From contig CAZNTU010000003.1 of the NCBI GenBank assembly GCA_964575975.1, positions 23,811 through 87,810 on the forward strand: DNA of 64,000 bases. Direction: 5' to 3'. Origin of the DNA: an uncultured Desulfobacteraceae bacterium. GTDB taxonomy: Bacteria > Desulfobacterota > Desulfobacteria > Desulfobacterales > SKZT01. A program made the position numbers and the translations under genes. Under the pieces are notes generated by a model. It had not been told where the DNA came from, searched no databases, and saw only the letters and a list, made by a program, of their open reading frames with translations. Positions 47,237 through 57,600 of this stretch are shown here, in pieces; the first letter of the stretch is position 1, and the number at the start of each line of letters is the position of its first letter.

Positions 47237-47791
47237 ATGTATGTACCCAAATATCTTTTTTTCACCAAAGGCATTGGAATTCACAAGGAAAAGGGAGCGT
47301 CCCTCGAAATCGCGTTGAGGGACGCGGGTATCGCCCATCTGAATATCGTCGAGGTCTCTTCCATTTTCCCTCCCGACTGCAAAATAATCGACGCCATGGA
47401 AGGATTGGGAATGTTGCATCCAGGAGAAGTCACTCCCTCGGTAATTGCCAAGGCGCACTCCTGCGAGCCCGGTCGGAGGATCGTCGCCAGCATCGGCCTT
47501 GCGCTGCCTCGCGAGGAAGGCAGATACGGATTTCTGGCGGCCCATAACGCATACGGAGAAACCGAGAAGGAAGGCGGGGAATACGCCGAGGACCTTGCCG
47601 CCACCATGCTTGCCAATACCTTGGGGATCGAATTCGACGTCGACAAGGACTACGACGAGAAGAGGGAAGTTTTCAGAATGTCGGAGAAAATCGTGGAAAC
47701 CTGGCACACGACGCTGGGCGCCCAGGCCGACGAGAGCGGCAAGTGGACTACTGTGGTGGCGGCGGCCGTTTTCGCGGGCGATGGACGTTAA
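47237..47791 (+). CDS. pdaD: pyruvoyl-dependent arginine decarboxylase
   Basis: 'PKYLFFTKGIG...SLEIALRDAGI...NIVEVSSIFPP' (self-processing Ser-Ser region). AGGAG RBS. Confidence 0.9.
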   Translation: MYVPKYLFFTKGIGIHKEKGASLEIALRDAGIAHLNIVEVSSIFPPDCKIIDAMEGLGMLHPGEVTPSVIAKAHSCEPGRRIVASIGLALPREEGRYGFLAAHNAYGETEKEGGEYAEDLAATMLANTLGIEFDVDKDYDEKREVFRMSEKIVETWHTTLGAQADESGKWTTVVAAAVFAGDGR

Positions 47792-48810
47792 GCAACCGCA
47801 AACACGAACATCGGAACCCCCGGAGATCTTGCTTTCCTTGAAGAAAGATCTTCGGGGACTTTTTCCTCGAACCCCACCGAAAGGTATATTTCTTTCAATT
47901 TTTCGTTCCTGGTGAGGGAAACCACCCGCCGAAAGCCCTCTTTTTTCACTATTTCCACGAAAGACTGGATCAAAAAATATCCGACCTGCTGGTTGCGGTA
48001 CCTGATCGCGACCGCCAAAGCCCCCAGTTCCGCCGAAACGGGGTCTAGGACGATCTTTTCCACGCACCCCACGGGAATGCCGTCGATCTTTGCCATATAG
48101 AAATTCTCCCTCATGGCCGAAACATGCTCCCGGCTCCGGGGTTTGATCAACCCCCGCTGGATATACGGCCGGAGTATGTCCTGGACGATCCGGACTTCCT
48201 CGTCCGTGCCCACGCGTTCCAAAGATTCGGTAAAATTGTTGGCGATTAACGTTCCGACCCCTTCCAGGCTGAACAGTTCGTGCTTCAGACAATTCTTTTT
48301 CGCAGGCACGATGTGGATGCGGTCCACGATTCGATTCTCGATTTTCGCGCAAATCTTTTCGATGATCGTTTTGAAATTCGCATTCGCCACCAAGTCTCCA
48401 TAGGCGATGATTTTTTTTTCCCGAATTAGTCGAAGGGCGTTGCTGGTGGTCAAGGAATTCAATTTGCGCCCCTTGTCGTCGGTCAGGTATTTTCTTTCTA
48501 CAAAAAGAATCTTGGAAGCTTCCAACGGTGTGTTGAGGGCATACTGGTAAAAATCCTCCCCCGTTTCCACGGGAATTCGTTCGATCCGCGTGTTGGGCAG
48601 CTTGTCTTGAAAAAGAGTGAAATATTTCCTGTTGGCGAAACGGTTCGGAAGATTATGGAGCAATGTGGTTCGGATTCCCTGACGGTCTAAAAACTTGATG
48701 TCGCCCAACAAATGGGAGATGTTTTCCCGAAGGATACCTTCCCTGCACGCGACCACAATCCGAGTCTCGGCAAGCGTTTTTTTATATTCGTCAATATACA
48801 GTTTAGGCAT
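47788..48810 (-). CDS. amino-acid-kinase-like + GNAT protein (N-acetylglutamate synthase-like)
   Basis: About 340 aa from the internal ATG 48810. Degenerate AAK-fold N-terminus and a C-terminal GNAT 'LGALAVAIRYRNQQVGYFLI'. 4-nt convergent overlap with pdaD. Confidence 0.6.
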   Translation of the reverse strand: MPKLYIDEYKKTLAETRIVVACREGILRENISHLLGDIKFLDRQGIRTTLLHNLPNRFANRKYFTLFQDKLPNTRIERIPVETGEDFYQYALNTPLEASKILFVERKYLTDDKGRKLNSLTTSNALRLIREKKIIAYGDLVANANFKTIIEKICAKIENRIVDRIHIVPAKKNCLKHELFSLEGVGTLIANNFTESLERVGTDEEVRIVQDILRPYIQRGLIKPRSREHVSAMRENFYMAKIDGIPVGCVEKIVLDPVSAELGALAVAIRYRNQQVGYFLIQSFVEIVKKEGFRRVVSLTRNEKLKEIYLSVGFEEKVPEDLSSRKARSPGVPMFVFAVA

Positions 48811-48987
48811 TGGCAACTTTTTTCGTTGATTAAAATTTCGAATTCTTTTTATACCATATCCGGCTCTCAATTTCGAACCTTCATCTGCCGAATTAAAACG
48901 AAAACGGTCTTGAAATCCCCAAAAAACCGGTTGAAAAGCCTGTGCGTTTCATTTATTAATGAACTTATTGCAGAATAGCTTTTCATC

Positions 48988-50667
48988 ATGTCCGCGCGTG
49001 TTTTTATCGGCTTTTACCAAGGACGTTCAGTGGAAAAAGAAAAACGCCAAAGTTCAATAGATTCGTTTAAGACGCTTCCGTTCGATTTTTCGACGATCAA
49101 GGCGCTGCTGGCCACGACTAACCGGTACCGAACATTGTTCGAAAACGCAGGGGACGCCATTTTCGTCCTGGACAGGCGAGGACGGATGTTGGACGCGAAC
49201 CGTATCGCCTGCGAACGGTTGGGGTACACCCGAAAAGAATTGCTGGAGTTGAACTGGGAAGACATAGACCCCCCGGAAAACAATGAAACTATAAAAGACC
49301 GGATGGAAAAGATTCGCCTCGAAGGCCATCTGATTTTCGAAACCGCCCACAAACGAAAAGACGGAGCGATGATTCCCATCGAAGTCAGCAGCCGGGTCAT
49401 CGAATACGACAAAGAACCAACCGTTTTGACCATCGCACGCGACATCAGCGACCGCAAAGAATCGGAAAAGGAAAAGGCGCGCCTTCAAACGCAACTTCGA
49501 CAGGCCCAAAAGATGGAGGCCATAGGGACTCTTGCCGGCGGCATCGCCCACGATTTCAACAATATTCTCACCCCCATCAGCGGATATACCGAGCTGGCCA
49601 TGAGAAAAATACCTGCCGGAACAAGGGCAAGGCAAAATCTCGAACAAGTGCTGGCCGGGGTGCAGAGGGCGAAAAGCCTCGTACAGCAGATACTCACGTT
49701 CAGCAGGCAGGATAACCAAAAGCGCTCTTCCCTCCAGGTGAAAAGTATTATCAAAGAAGCGCTGAAACTGCTTCGGGCCTCTCTTCCCGCAACCATCGAA
49801 TTCAAGTCCGACTTGAAATCCGAAAGCATGATCGTCGCCGACCCCACTCAGCTCCATCAAGTCATGATCAATCTTTGCACCAACGCGCAGCACGCCATGA
49901 AAGAATCCGGGGGAATTCTGGAAATCGTACTGGAGGACGTCGATCTGAGCAGTAACGATTCCAAGGCTGCCGCGGACCTGAAGCCGGGACCTTACGTATG
50001 CCTGACCGTCGGAGATACGGGATGCGGCATGGACAAGGAACTGCTGGACCGGATCTTCGAGCCTTACTTCACAACCAAGCCCGAGGGCGAAGGCACGGGC
50101 ATGGGCCTTTCCGTGGTCCACGGCATCGTGAAAAACCATGGCGGAGACATCATCGTGGAAAGCGAAAAGGGAAGGGGAAGCTCGTTCAAGGTTTTTTTCC
50201 CGAGAATGGATGTCGCGGAAGAACAAAAGGAGGAAACCTTTCAAATCGCTCAAATCCCCAGGGGACAGGAGAGTATTCTTCTGGTCGACGACGAAAAAAC
50301 CGTGACCGACGTAATGGAGCAAATGCTCGAAGATTTGGGTTATCGCATAACCTGCAAAAACAATCCCCTGGCGGCGCTGGAAATTTTCCGGGCAAGTCCG
50401 TTTTCCTACGAGTTGGTCGTCTCCGACATGAACATGCCGAAAATGACGGGCCTCCAAATGGCACAAGAAATGCTGCGCGCAAGACCCGATATTCCTGTTA
50501 TAATCGCGACCGGAAATCGACGCGAAATAGCGACGGAAAAAGCGGCCCAGGCAGGAATCCGGGCAATCCTCATGAAACCGCCGTCCCTAGACGATTTGGC
50601 AAGGGCTGTACGCGAGGTTATCGACAATTCCAAAAAAAATTCGACCGGAAATCGCGCCCAACGGTAA
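48988..50667 (+). CDS. hybrid sensor histidine kinase (PAS - HisKA - HATPase_c - receiver)
   Basis: 'GGIAHDFNNILTPISGYTELA', 'DTGCGM', 'GTGMGLS', receiver 'ILLVDDE...LVVSDMNMP'. Paralogous to 11303..13378. Confidence 0.9.
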   Translation: MSARVFIGFYQGRSVEKEKRQSSIDSFKTLPFDFSTIKALLATTNRYRTLFENAGDAIFVLDRRGRMLDANRIACERLGYTRKELLELNWEDIDPPENNETIKDRMEKIRLEGHLIFETAHKRKDGAMIPIEVSSRVIEYDKEPTVLTIARDISDRKESEKEKARLQTQLRQAQKMEAIGTLAGGIAHDFNNILTPISGYTELAMRKIPAGTRARQNLEQVLAGVQRAKSLVQQILTFSRQDNQKRSSLQVKSIIKEALKLLRASLPATIEFKSDLKSESMIVADPTQLHQVMINLCTNAQHAMKESGGILEIVLEDVDLSSNDSKAAADLKPGPYVCLTVGDTGCGMDKELLDRIFEPYFTTKPEGEGTGMGLSVVHGIVKNHGGDIIVESEKGRGSSFKVFFPRMDVAEEQKEETFQIAQIPRGQESILLVDDEKTVTDVMEQMLEDLGYRITCKNNPLAALEIFRASPFSYELVVSDMNMPKMTGLQMAQEMLRARPDIPVIIATGNRREIATEKAAQAGIRAILMKPPSLDDLARAVREVIDNSKKNSTGNRAQR

Positions 50668-50915
50668 GGCATTTTTTTATCGGGTATTGTTTCCCCGCCA
50701 AGCCTGAAATACTCACGAAACAACAATGGAGTACTTCGAATACATTATTTTTGTTCTCCAAATAGGATAATTACCCCATATACATTTTCTTTCGACTACT
50801 TTAAACAAGCTGTTAACACGGGAAAAAAACGGCAAGGCGAGACTGCGAAAATTTCACAAAGCCGGTCGAGTCCTCGCCCATTCATTAACCTCCTTCGAGA
50901 AAGGAGAAAAAACAA

Positions 50916-51110
50916 ATGACCTCGTCACCGTGCAAAAATTGCCCAAAACGTCTGAAGTCGAAGTTCGAATGCGCCAAGGATTGCGACAAACTGAAGCAAG
51001 TGCAGGAAATGTATAGCACGCTTCACGAGCAGAGTCTTTTTTCGGCGATCGATTACGCCGAAGAAGGACGATTTTCCATCAACTACAGTTCCACCCATTC
51101 GCTTCCTTGA
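50916..51110 (+). CDS. small Cys-rich hypothetical protein (64 aa)
   Basis: Strong RBS GAAAGGAGAAAA. 'CKNCPKRLKSKFECAKDC' motif. Lies in an AT-rich region. Confidence 0.45.
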   Translation: MTSSPCKNCPKRLKSKFECAKDCDKLKQVQEMYSTLHEQSLFSAIDYAEEGRFSINYSSTHSLP

Positions 51111-51537
51111 TTGCCGGGCGAAACGCCATGACGATTCGTCTCCGCAATTAAAGAAGGGAGGGAATTTTCCCTCCGGAACGAATTTCCGGATTGTTTCTTG
51201 TAGTGCGCCGGCAATCGGGGTACGCACTGCTTTTAGTTGAAATTACCGTCCGTTTTCCTTTATTCGCTCCGATATTTCTGTTTTTTTCTCCTTCTGCATT
51301 CGCCATCCTTATAGAATATGGAATTCTGTTTCTCCTAAGCTATTTTTTGGAAAAATTGCCTGCGGCCCTTTTATCGCAAGCCCCCGGCTTGATCCCGTAG
51401 TTTGCGCTCGGGTCCGCGCAACTCGGATGGCGAGAATTGCCCGAAAAACAGGTTTTTCGCCCCGAACCTGTCGTCTATGGACAATTCTCGCCTTTCCCTT
51501 TGCTTCGCCCATGGAAAGCAAAGCGTTCGAACAAATC

Positions 51538-52455
51538 CTAGGTGATCACCCAGACTGCGTTGAACCGGCCCATTTGGACAATTTTGTTGCTGACGCGCCC
51601 CATAAAGAATTCCACGACCTTGTGAAGTCCTCTGCGGCCGGTCATGATCGTACCGATGTTCTCGTTTTCGGCTTCGTCCATTACCGCTTTAGCCCGGCTT
51701 CGCTGCCTGGTAATGATTTTGGTCGTTACCCTGTCTTCGCCAAAACCGCTTCTCACCAGATGCGATTTCGCCTCGTTGAGCACCGGCGCGATCTCGTGGA
51801 CGAACTGGTCCGTGATTTCCTTGGGAGTGTCGATATCGTCCCTAATGACATGAACCAAGTGGATTTCGTAGTCTTTCCCGGAAAGGTTCGCTGCGACAAA
51901 ATCGACCGCCCTCATGGAATATTCCGAATTGTCCATGGCGATCAGGATTTTGTTGGGAACAGGAATATCTCTTCCGATCAGCGCCAGAGGCATGTCCGTT
52001 ATCCCCGACAGAAGCTTCATGGCAATGCTTCCAAGCACTACGTTTTTCATCATGCCGGCGCCCTTCCGTCCGATCATCAATGCGCCGTAGCCGCTGTGGG
52101 CCTCGCTGACGATGTCCCTTGCGATTCCGACCGCTTTCTTCTGCAACTTCATTTTTATCTTCGACTTTTCGATTCCGGCCTCCACCAGTCCATTTCTGGA
52201 TTTTTCCAGAAAGCTTTCGAGGTCGCGTTTCTTCTGAATCTCCCAACTCTGCACTTCGTCGAACGTCTTTTTGAACTGCGGATCCTTGCCCAAATCCCTT
52301 AAATACTTCGGCATTGCGTCGTAAACGCTGTACAGGGTAATTTTAGTCCCGAACTCTCTAAAATACGGCACTTTGGCGATGTATTTTATTACCTCGTAGG
52401 AACGCTCGGAACCGTCCAAGGCTACCAATACATTTTTCAAAGGTTCGAAAGCCAT
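51538..52455 (-). CDS. tandem universal stress protein (two UspA domains)
   Basis: Two repeats each ending in a 'G.RG......GS[IV]' motif ('IGRKGAGMMKNVVLGSIA', 'TGRRGLHKVVEFFMGRVS'). AAGGAGGG RBS. Confidence 0.85.
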   Translation of the reverse strand: MAFEPLKNVLVALDGSERSYEVIKYIAKVPYFREFGTKITLYSVYDAMPKYLRDLGKDPQFKKTFDEVQSWEIQKKRDLESFLEKSRNGLVEAGIEKSKIKMKLQKKAVGIARDIVSEAHSGYGALMIGRKGAGMMKNVVLGSIAMKLLSGITDMPLALIGRDIPVPNKILIAMDNSEYSMRAVDFVAANLSGKDYEIHLVHVIRDDIDTPKEITDQFVHEIAPVLNEAKSHLVRSGFGEDRVTTKIITRQRSRAKAVMDEAENENIGTIMTGRRGLHKVVEFFMGRVSNKIVQMGRFNAVWVIT

Positions 52456-52518
52456 CTTTTCCCTCCTTTTCGTAGTAGAGATTTCACAAAGAATAACTTT
52501 TTTCCGGCAACATATTCA

Positions 52519-52534
52519 AGCAACCTTCATGCCA
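52519..52534 (-). promoter_or_regulatory. sigma-54 (-24/-12) promoter upstream of the USP gene
   Basis: The minus strand reads TTGGCATGAAGGTTGCTTG, i.e. TGGCAT-N5-TTGCT, an exact fit to TGGCAY-N5-TTGCW. The element ends 63 nt upstream of the ATG at 52455. Confidence 0.6.
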
Positions 52535-52669
52535 ATCGCCAAAGAAAACAGACGGAGGGTTAAGATGCCGTATTCTTTGGGTATACGAAATCCGACGATC
52601 CCGATCCCGCCAACTTGTCGTGTCTATGTTTTTGACAATCTGTAAAGGAGATAAATCCGAAGAATTTCT

Positions 52670-54661
52670 TTACCGCCGTTCCGCGCCTCGGGGCTCCTTG
52701 GGAAACAACCGGACGATTATCGCTATCAAAGCAAGCGATACGACGACAAGCACCGAATAAAGGCCCCATCCCTTCTCTCCGAACATCCCTTCGAAATCGA
52801 TTCCCCAGTCGCTTTTTCCTTCCAGAGCGATATCGCCCAGTTCGACGACTTCGGGCTTCAATCCGACCAAGTGATGCCGCACCAAATCCAGGTCGTAGTT
52901 TCCCGCCGCCGCGACGGGATTGCCCCCGAAAGCCTCGATCCGTCCGGGCGCGGTCGCTATGAACATCGCCGCCTTTTCAAGATATCGAATCTCGACCTCG
53001 GACAAATCTATCGGGCGGTTGTCTCCATGCTCCATCACGATGCGAAAAGAGGTTTCCTCCTTGGGAAATCCTTTCATATCGAAATGGAGAAACGCCGGCT
53101 TTTCCGAAAGGCTTTGCCAAACCGAAGTTCGCCACGGTCGCCAGGATTTAGGGCCCGCCATCGGGATTTCCATTTGTACGTCCCTTTCGAAAATTCCCGA
53201 GGAGGCGAGCCGAATCTCGGTCCAGTATTCCGAGGCTTTTGGAAGACCGAAAGTCCAGACGGTTCGGTTTTCCTTCTTTTCGTATTCCTTTTCCGGTTGC
53301 AGTCGGACGGATGCGATTTTGGGGCGTCCCCAGAAATAGGGAATCTGAATACCGTCGCGAACCAGCCTGATTCCGGCCGGATTGCCGTCCAAACTGGCTT
53401 CCCGGTTCAGGTTCAACCGGTAAAAGCCTTCGTTTGGAATTCGCACGGCTCCGCGCCACCGATAGCCCTTTGCGGAAAACGGTCCGCCCTGAATTCCGTA
53501 GGTCTCCACGAGGTTTACGGGACGCCAGGCCTCGTTGCTTTCAATTTCTGGAAAAATCGCTTGATGCGCAATTCGCCGGTCCGGCTCGCTCGGGGTCGGC
53601 AACACGGTCGCCCGCTCCCCCGTTCCGGAGCGCGCCGTGTACCGCCCCGGAGCATCCGCGTAAAAAAGGAGGCGAGGAACTCGCGAGAAAAAGGCCAGAC
53701 TGTCCACCTTTCCCGGAAAACCGCTCCGGGGCTTCAATTTCAAAACCACGGTTCGCGCAGGCCAAATACGATCTATTCCGACAACGAATTTTCGAGCGTC
53801 CTCCGTAATTTCCGATACCGTTCCGCCGTCGATCATCCTGAATTCCTCGACGCCCGCGTTGTATTCGTCGCAACCGATCCGCCAGTCCCCGACAAACGGA
53901 ACCCCGAGCGTCGTTTCGACGGACTCGATCCAAAGCCCCGCGCCAGGCAAAGCCGTCCTGATTTCCAATCCTTCGTCCGTTTCGAGCGTTTCGAAAACCC
54001 GCTCGATTTTTTTCGTCGCGTAGTTTTTCTCCAACGGCTTGCCCGAAACCGTCACATGGGTAATCGGCACGGGAGTATCGAAGAACATTCTGTCGTAGCC
54101 GCCGAAAAACACCCTGATTCTTCCGAAAACGCGGGGAACGACTCGGATTTCGGTCCGCATGCCTTCCTCTCCCGGAAAAATCGCCGCGTTTTTCGCCAGG
54201 GAAACCCAACCGCCGGAACTCAGCGCGTCGATGTCCACCCTCCCGACCGCCCCCTTCTCGGCCATTTGGATCGATATCTTTTCGATGCTTATGTCCTCCG
54301 GCGAAGATGCCTCCCACGTGAAACCTCCTTTCGACTCCATGGTTATCTTATCCGCAGTCAGGTTCTTTTCGAGCGTTTCGGCTTCCTTTCGCCAAAAAAG
54401 CTCGAACGGGCGTGGCTGTCCGTCGGGTCCCAGAAGTTGTAAGTCGAGTCGGACATTCGACGTTCGGTCGTCGAACCTTGTCGCGGAACGGGAACTTCCT
54501 TCGGGCGAAAACACGAGTCCGGGCGGCAAAACGGATTCCACCAGACCCTCGGACGGCACGGTCGCAGTGGACGACACTCGCCACGAGTCTTCGCCGGCCG
54601 AAAACCCCTGCGCCGCGAACAGAAAGAAAAAAGCCGAAAACAAAGAAAATCTAATTTTCAT
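52670..54661 (-). CDS. DUF3999-like exported protein with C-terminal TM anchor
   Basis: Signal peptide 'MKIRFSLFSAFFFLFAAQGFSA', a large beta-rich body and a C-terminal TM 'LYSVLVVVSLALIAIIV'. Partner position after the DUF2339-like gene, with an 11-nt overlap. Confidence 0.65.
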   Translation of the reverse strand: MKIRFSLFSAFFFLFAAQGFSAGEDSWRVSSTATVPSEGLVESVLPPGLVFSPEGSSRSATRFDDRTSNVRLDLQLLGPDGQPRPFELFWRKEAETLEKNLTADKITMESKGGFTWEASSPEDISIEKISIQMAEKGAVGRVDIDALSSGGWVSLAKNAAIFPGEEGMRTEIRVVPRVFGRIRVFFGGYDRMFFDTPVPITHVTVSGKPLEKNYATKKIERVFETLETDEGLEIRTALPGAGLWIESVETTLGVPFVGDWRIGCDEYNAGVEEFRMIDGGTVSEITEDARKFVVGIDRIWPARTVVLKLKPRSGFPGKVDSLAFFSRVPRLLFYADAPGRYTARSGTGERATVLPTPSEPDRRIAHQAIFPEIESNEAWRPVNLVETYGIQGGPFSAKGYRWRGAVRIPNEGFYRLNLNREASLDGNPAGIRLVRDGIQIPYFWGRPKIASVRLQPEKEYEKKENRTVWTFGLPKASEYWTEIRLASSGIFERDVQMEIPMAGPKSWRPWRTSVWQSLSEKPAFLHFDMKGFPKEETSFRIVMEHGDNRPIDLSEVEIRYLEKAAMFIATAPGRIEAFGGNPVAAAGNYDLDLVRHHLVGLKPEVVELGDIALEGKSDWGIDFEGMFGEKGWGLYSVLVVVSLALIAIIVRLFPKEPRGAERR

Positions 54662-57600
54662 GTTTGTTTCCTTTGGCAAGATAGCGTTGATAAAGAAAGG
54701 ATACCAAGATCAAAACCGCAGCCAGTCCCACGAACGATGTGACGCGGTACAGTTGTCCCAAGGCCCAGAGGTCCTTGAAGAAGATTTTCGACGCGGTAAC
54801 CACGATCATGATCAGAGCTGTCCAGCGCGCGCGGTTATGTTCGATTTTGATTCCAAGGACCAAAAGCCCGATGGCGAAGCACAGCCAACCCAAACTGTAG
54901 GCCAACTGGTGGGAAAACTTGCCTCCGGTCGCCAAATCGAACCCGTACCGGTTGTCCCCGAAAAGGCTCGAGATCTCGATGTTCAGAGCCCAAAACGCAA
55001 AAACTCCCGTCAGGACCGCCCATGCGGATCGCGAAGAAACTTTGTCGAACGGCCAGCCCGAAAGCTCCTTTCTGCAAGCCGTGAGAACGGATCCGGCAAT
55101 GCAGAATATATAAAGCAGCGTCTGCTCGTTCAGCAGAGGTTCGATTTGAGCGAATTCCAAGGGAAACCGAAATGGAATCGCGGCGGCCTTGGCCAATCCC
55201 AGAACTGTCAGGACCATTCCCGCAGTCCGGAAAGGCGGGTCGAGTTTTTTCGGCCAATGAACCAACGCGAGGCCGTACGCGAACCATCCGGCCGCCGACG
55301 CCGTCGCCATTGCCAAGGTGCGACCGAAAAACAAGCGAAGGGGAACTCCCGGCTGAAAAATCGTGCTCGCCGCAAGTTTGATCCCGACGAACAAGCAGAC
55401 GAGAAAAAACGCGAGGAAAAGATTGCGAAAGCCGTAATACGATTCCCCCGGAGACTCCTTCTTGAACATGTAATACAATAGAACGGCCAACGCGACGAAC
55501 GCGATCAGTTCCGGGTTTGACAGCGGCCGCAAACGCACGACATCCGACGGAAACAGAAAAGGCGAAAGCAGCAGCCTTGCGCAACCAAGAACAAGAACGA
55601 CAAGTCCGGCGACTCTGACCGCCCGGTTTTCTTCGAAAAGCCGCCAGAGCGCCGCCCCGAAAACGGCCCACGCGAGGCTGTTGACCAAGGCGTGGGAAAA
55701 GCTCCTCTGGATGCTGTACAGCAGACGTTGGCCGGTCTCGCCGAAAATGTCCGCGATGGAAAGGTTGACCAGAAAGAACCCCGCGCCCAGAGTCAGCCAT
55801 AGGAAATAGCGCGGAAGATCCATCCGCCCCAATAGGCGGTCCGGATAATCCGCCATGCGGACTGCGGCCGCCAACGCGGGTATGCACATGGCGGTCGCGA
55901 TCACCGCTCCGTTCAAAACCGGAAGGCTATCGATCCCTTTCATTTTTCCGAGATTGGATAACAGGAGAAACAGCCCTGCAGGCGCAATAAACGCGGAAAC
56001 CCATCTCAACCCCGGATGGGCAATTCTTCCGTTCAGCCACAACAGCGCGGCGGATTCGAATACCAACGCGAGGCCCAGCCATCCTTGGTCGAACCATATG
56101 ACCGGGAGCGACGATATATAAAGGAGCAAAACACCGCCGTGAAACGCGAGAACCGCGTTTCTCGGGGTTTTGCCTTCCAGTTTTCCCAGCAGGAAATAGA
56201 TCGTCGGGATTTTCGCCGCAGCCATAGCTGCGGGAAGGCACCCGGAGATCTGTCTTCCCCACAGAAAGTCGGAAGAGCGGAAAACGAAAGCGGCCTGGAA
56301 AATTTCGAAGACGCTCCAAGCCATCCAGACGCGGTCCCAATGCTCGACCGGTCCAAAAAAAAAGAACGGCAGCGACAGAGCCAAGGCAAAGCCCGCGACG
56401 GACCAAGCCAGAGCCGAAAACTCCGTTCCGGACGGAGGCGAGAACATCCAGGCGGATTCGGCCAAGGAGGCAGCCACCAACGCGACCATGGCCAAAGGAG
56501 AAAACATGATTCGCCTTCCCAGGAATACCGCGATCGCCGTGAAGCAAGCCAAGGTAGCCATCCCGGGCTGGGGGTTCAACGGCCTCTGCATCCAGAACGC
56601 TACCCCCAGCAGAACGAATGCGCCCAGCACAGGCGATGCTTTCATCCATTCCGTCGGATCGAAGGCCGACTTGACTTTTTCATTTTCCGGCGCTCCCCCC
56701 TCCCCCGGCGCCGAAACCCAGCCGGACAGGAAGCGCAACGCGAAATAAGTGATCGCAAGCATCAAAACACCCGCCGCGAGCAGGAAAACGAAAAAACCCG
56801 CGCCCAAAGCCACCGCTGGCGCGTTTCGCATCCAGAAAACCCCGCCCGCGACCATAACGGCCGTCAGAAGCCCCACTTGAATCAAAGCCCCGACGATCAG
56901 ACTGACAAGAACCCCGACCATTTGAATCAGCAGAACCATTGGCCAGAACCAAAAATCGACCGTCGGCCATTTGAAAAGCATCGTCATTGCCAGGACGGTT
57001 ACCGCCAAGGGAAACGCTTTCAGCCATCCCATGCTTGCCTTGTCGGGCCCGTATTTGCGAATCAGAAGTACCGGCATTATTCCGCCCGCCGCCCCGTATA
57101 GCAGGAAAACCGCGAATTGCGCGGAAAAGCCGCGCGGGTCGAATACCAGGACGGCCCATGCCAATGCGGCGACGAACGCCAAAACAGAGTAAGGGACGCA
57201 TCGGGCGTACCAGAATCGGTTTCGAAACGCCAACGCGTTCGCCCCTGCGGACGCAGCCGTTACTACCAGCAAGCAGGCGACCGAGGGTTTCTCCACCAAG
57301 GATGCAGCGATTCCCAGCGTGGTCCAGTAAATTACGTTCCAGGACCAGGAAAGCGCCTGGCCGGGCCCTCGCATTCGGGTCATGGAATCGACGAAAAACG
57401 AAAACAGGGCCAGATTCAATATCCAAACGAAGGCTACGATCTCGCTCGAAAGGAAAACACGGCTTCCGAAAGTCCCCAAAAGGAGAGTCGCAGACGTTCC
57501 AGCCGCCGCGAAGAGAAGAATAAAAGACGAGCCCAGGCGGCGCATCACCTCGAAAAGCCCCAGGTTTACGATGGCAAGATATGCGAAAAGCTGAACCAGA

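Noticed and set aside
51191-51400. A 69-aa TTG-initiated hydrophobic ORF inside the 427-nt gap.
   Set aside because: It has no RBS and a non-ATG start. Its composition is driven by the T-rich DNA and no family is recognised. The region is better treated as non-coding.
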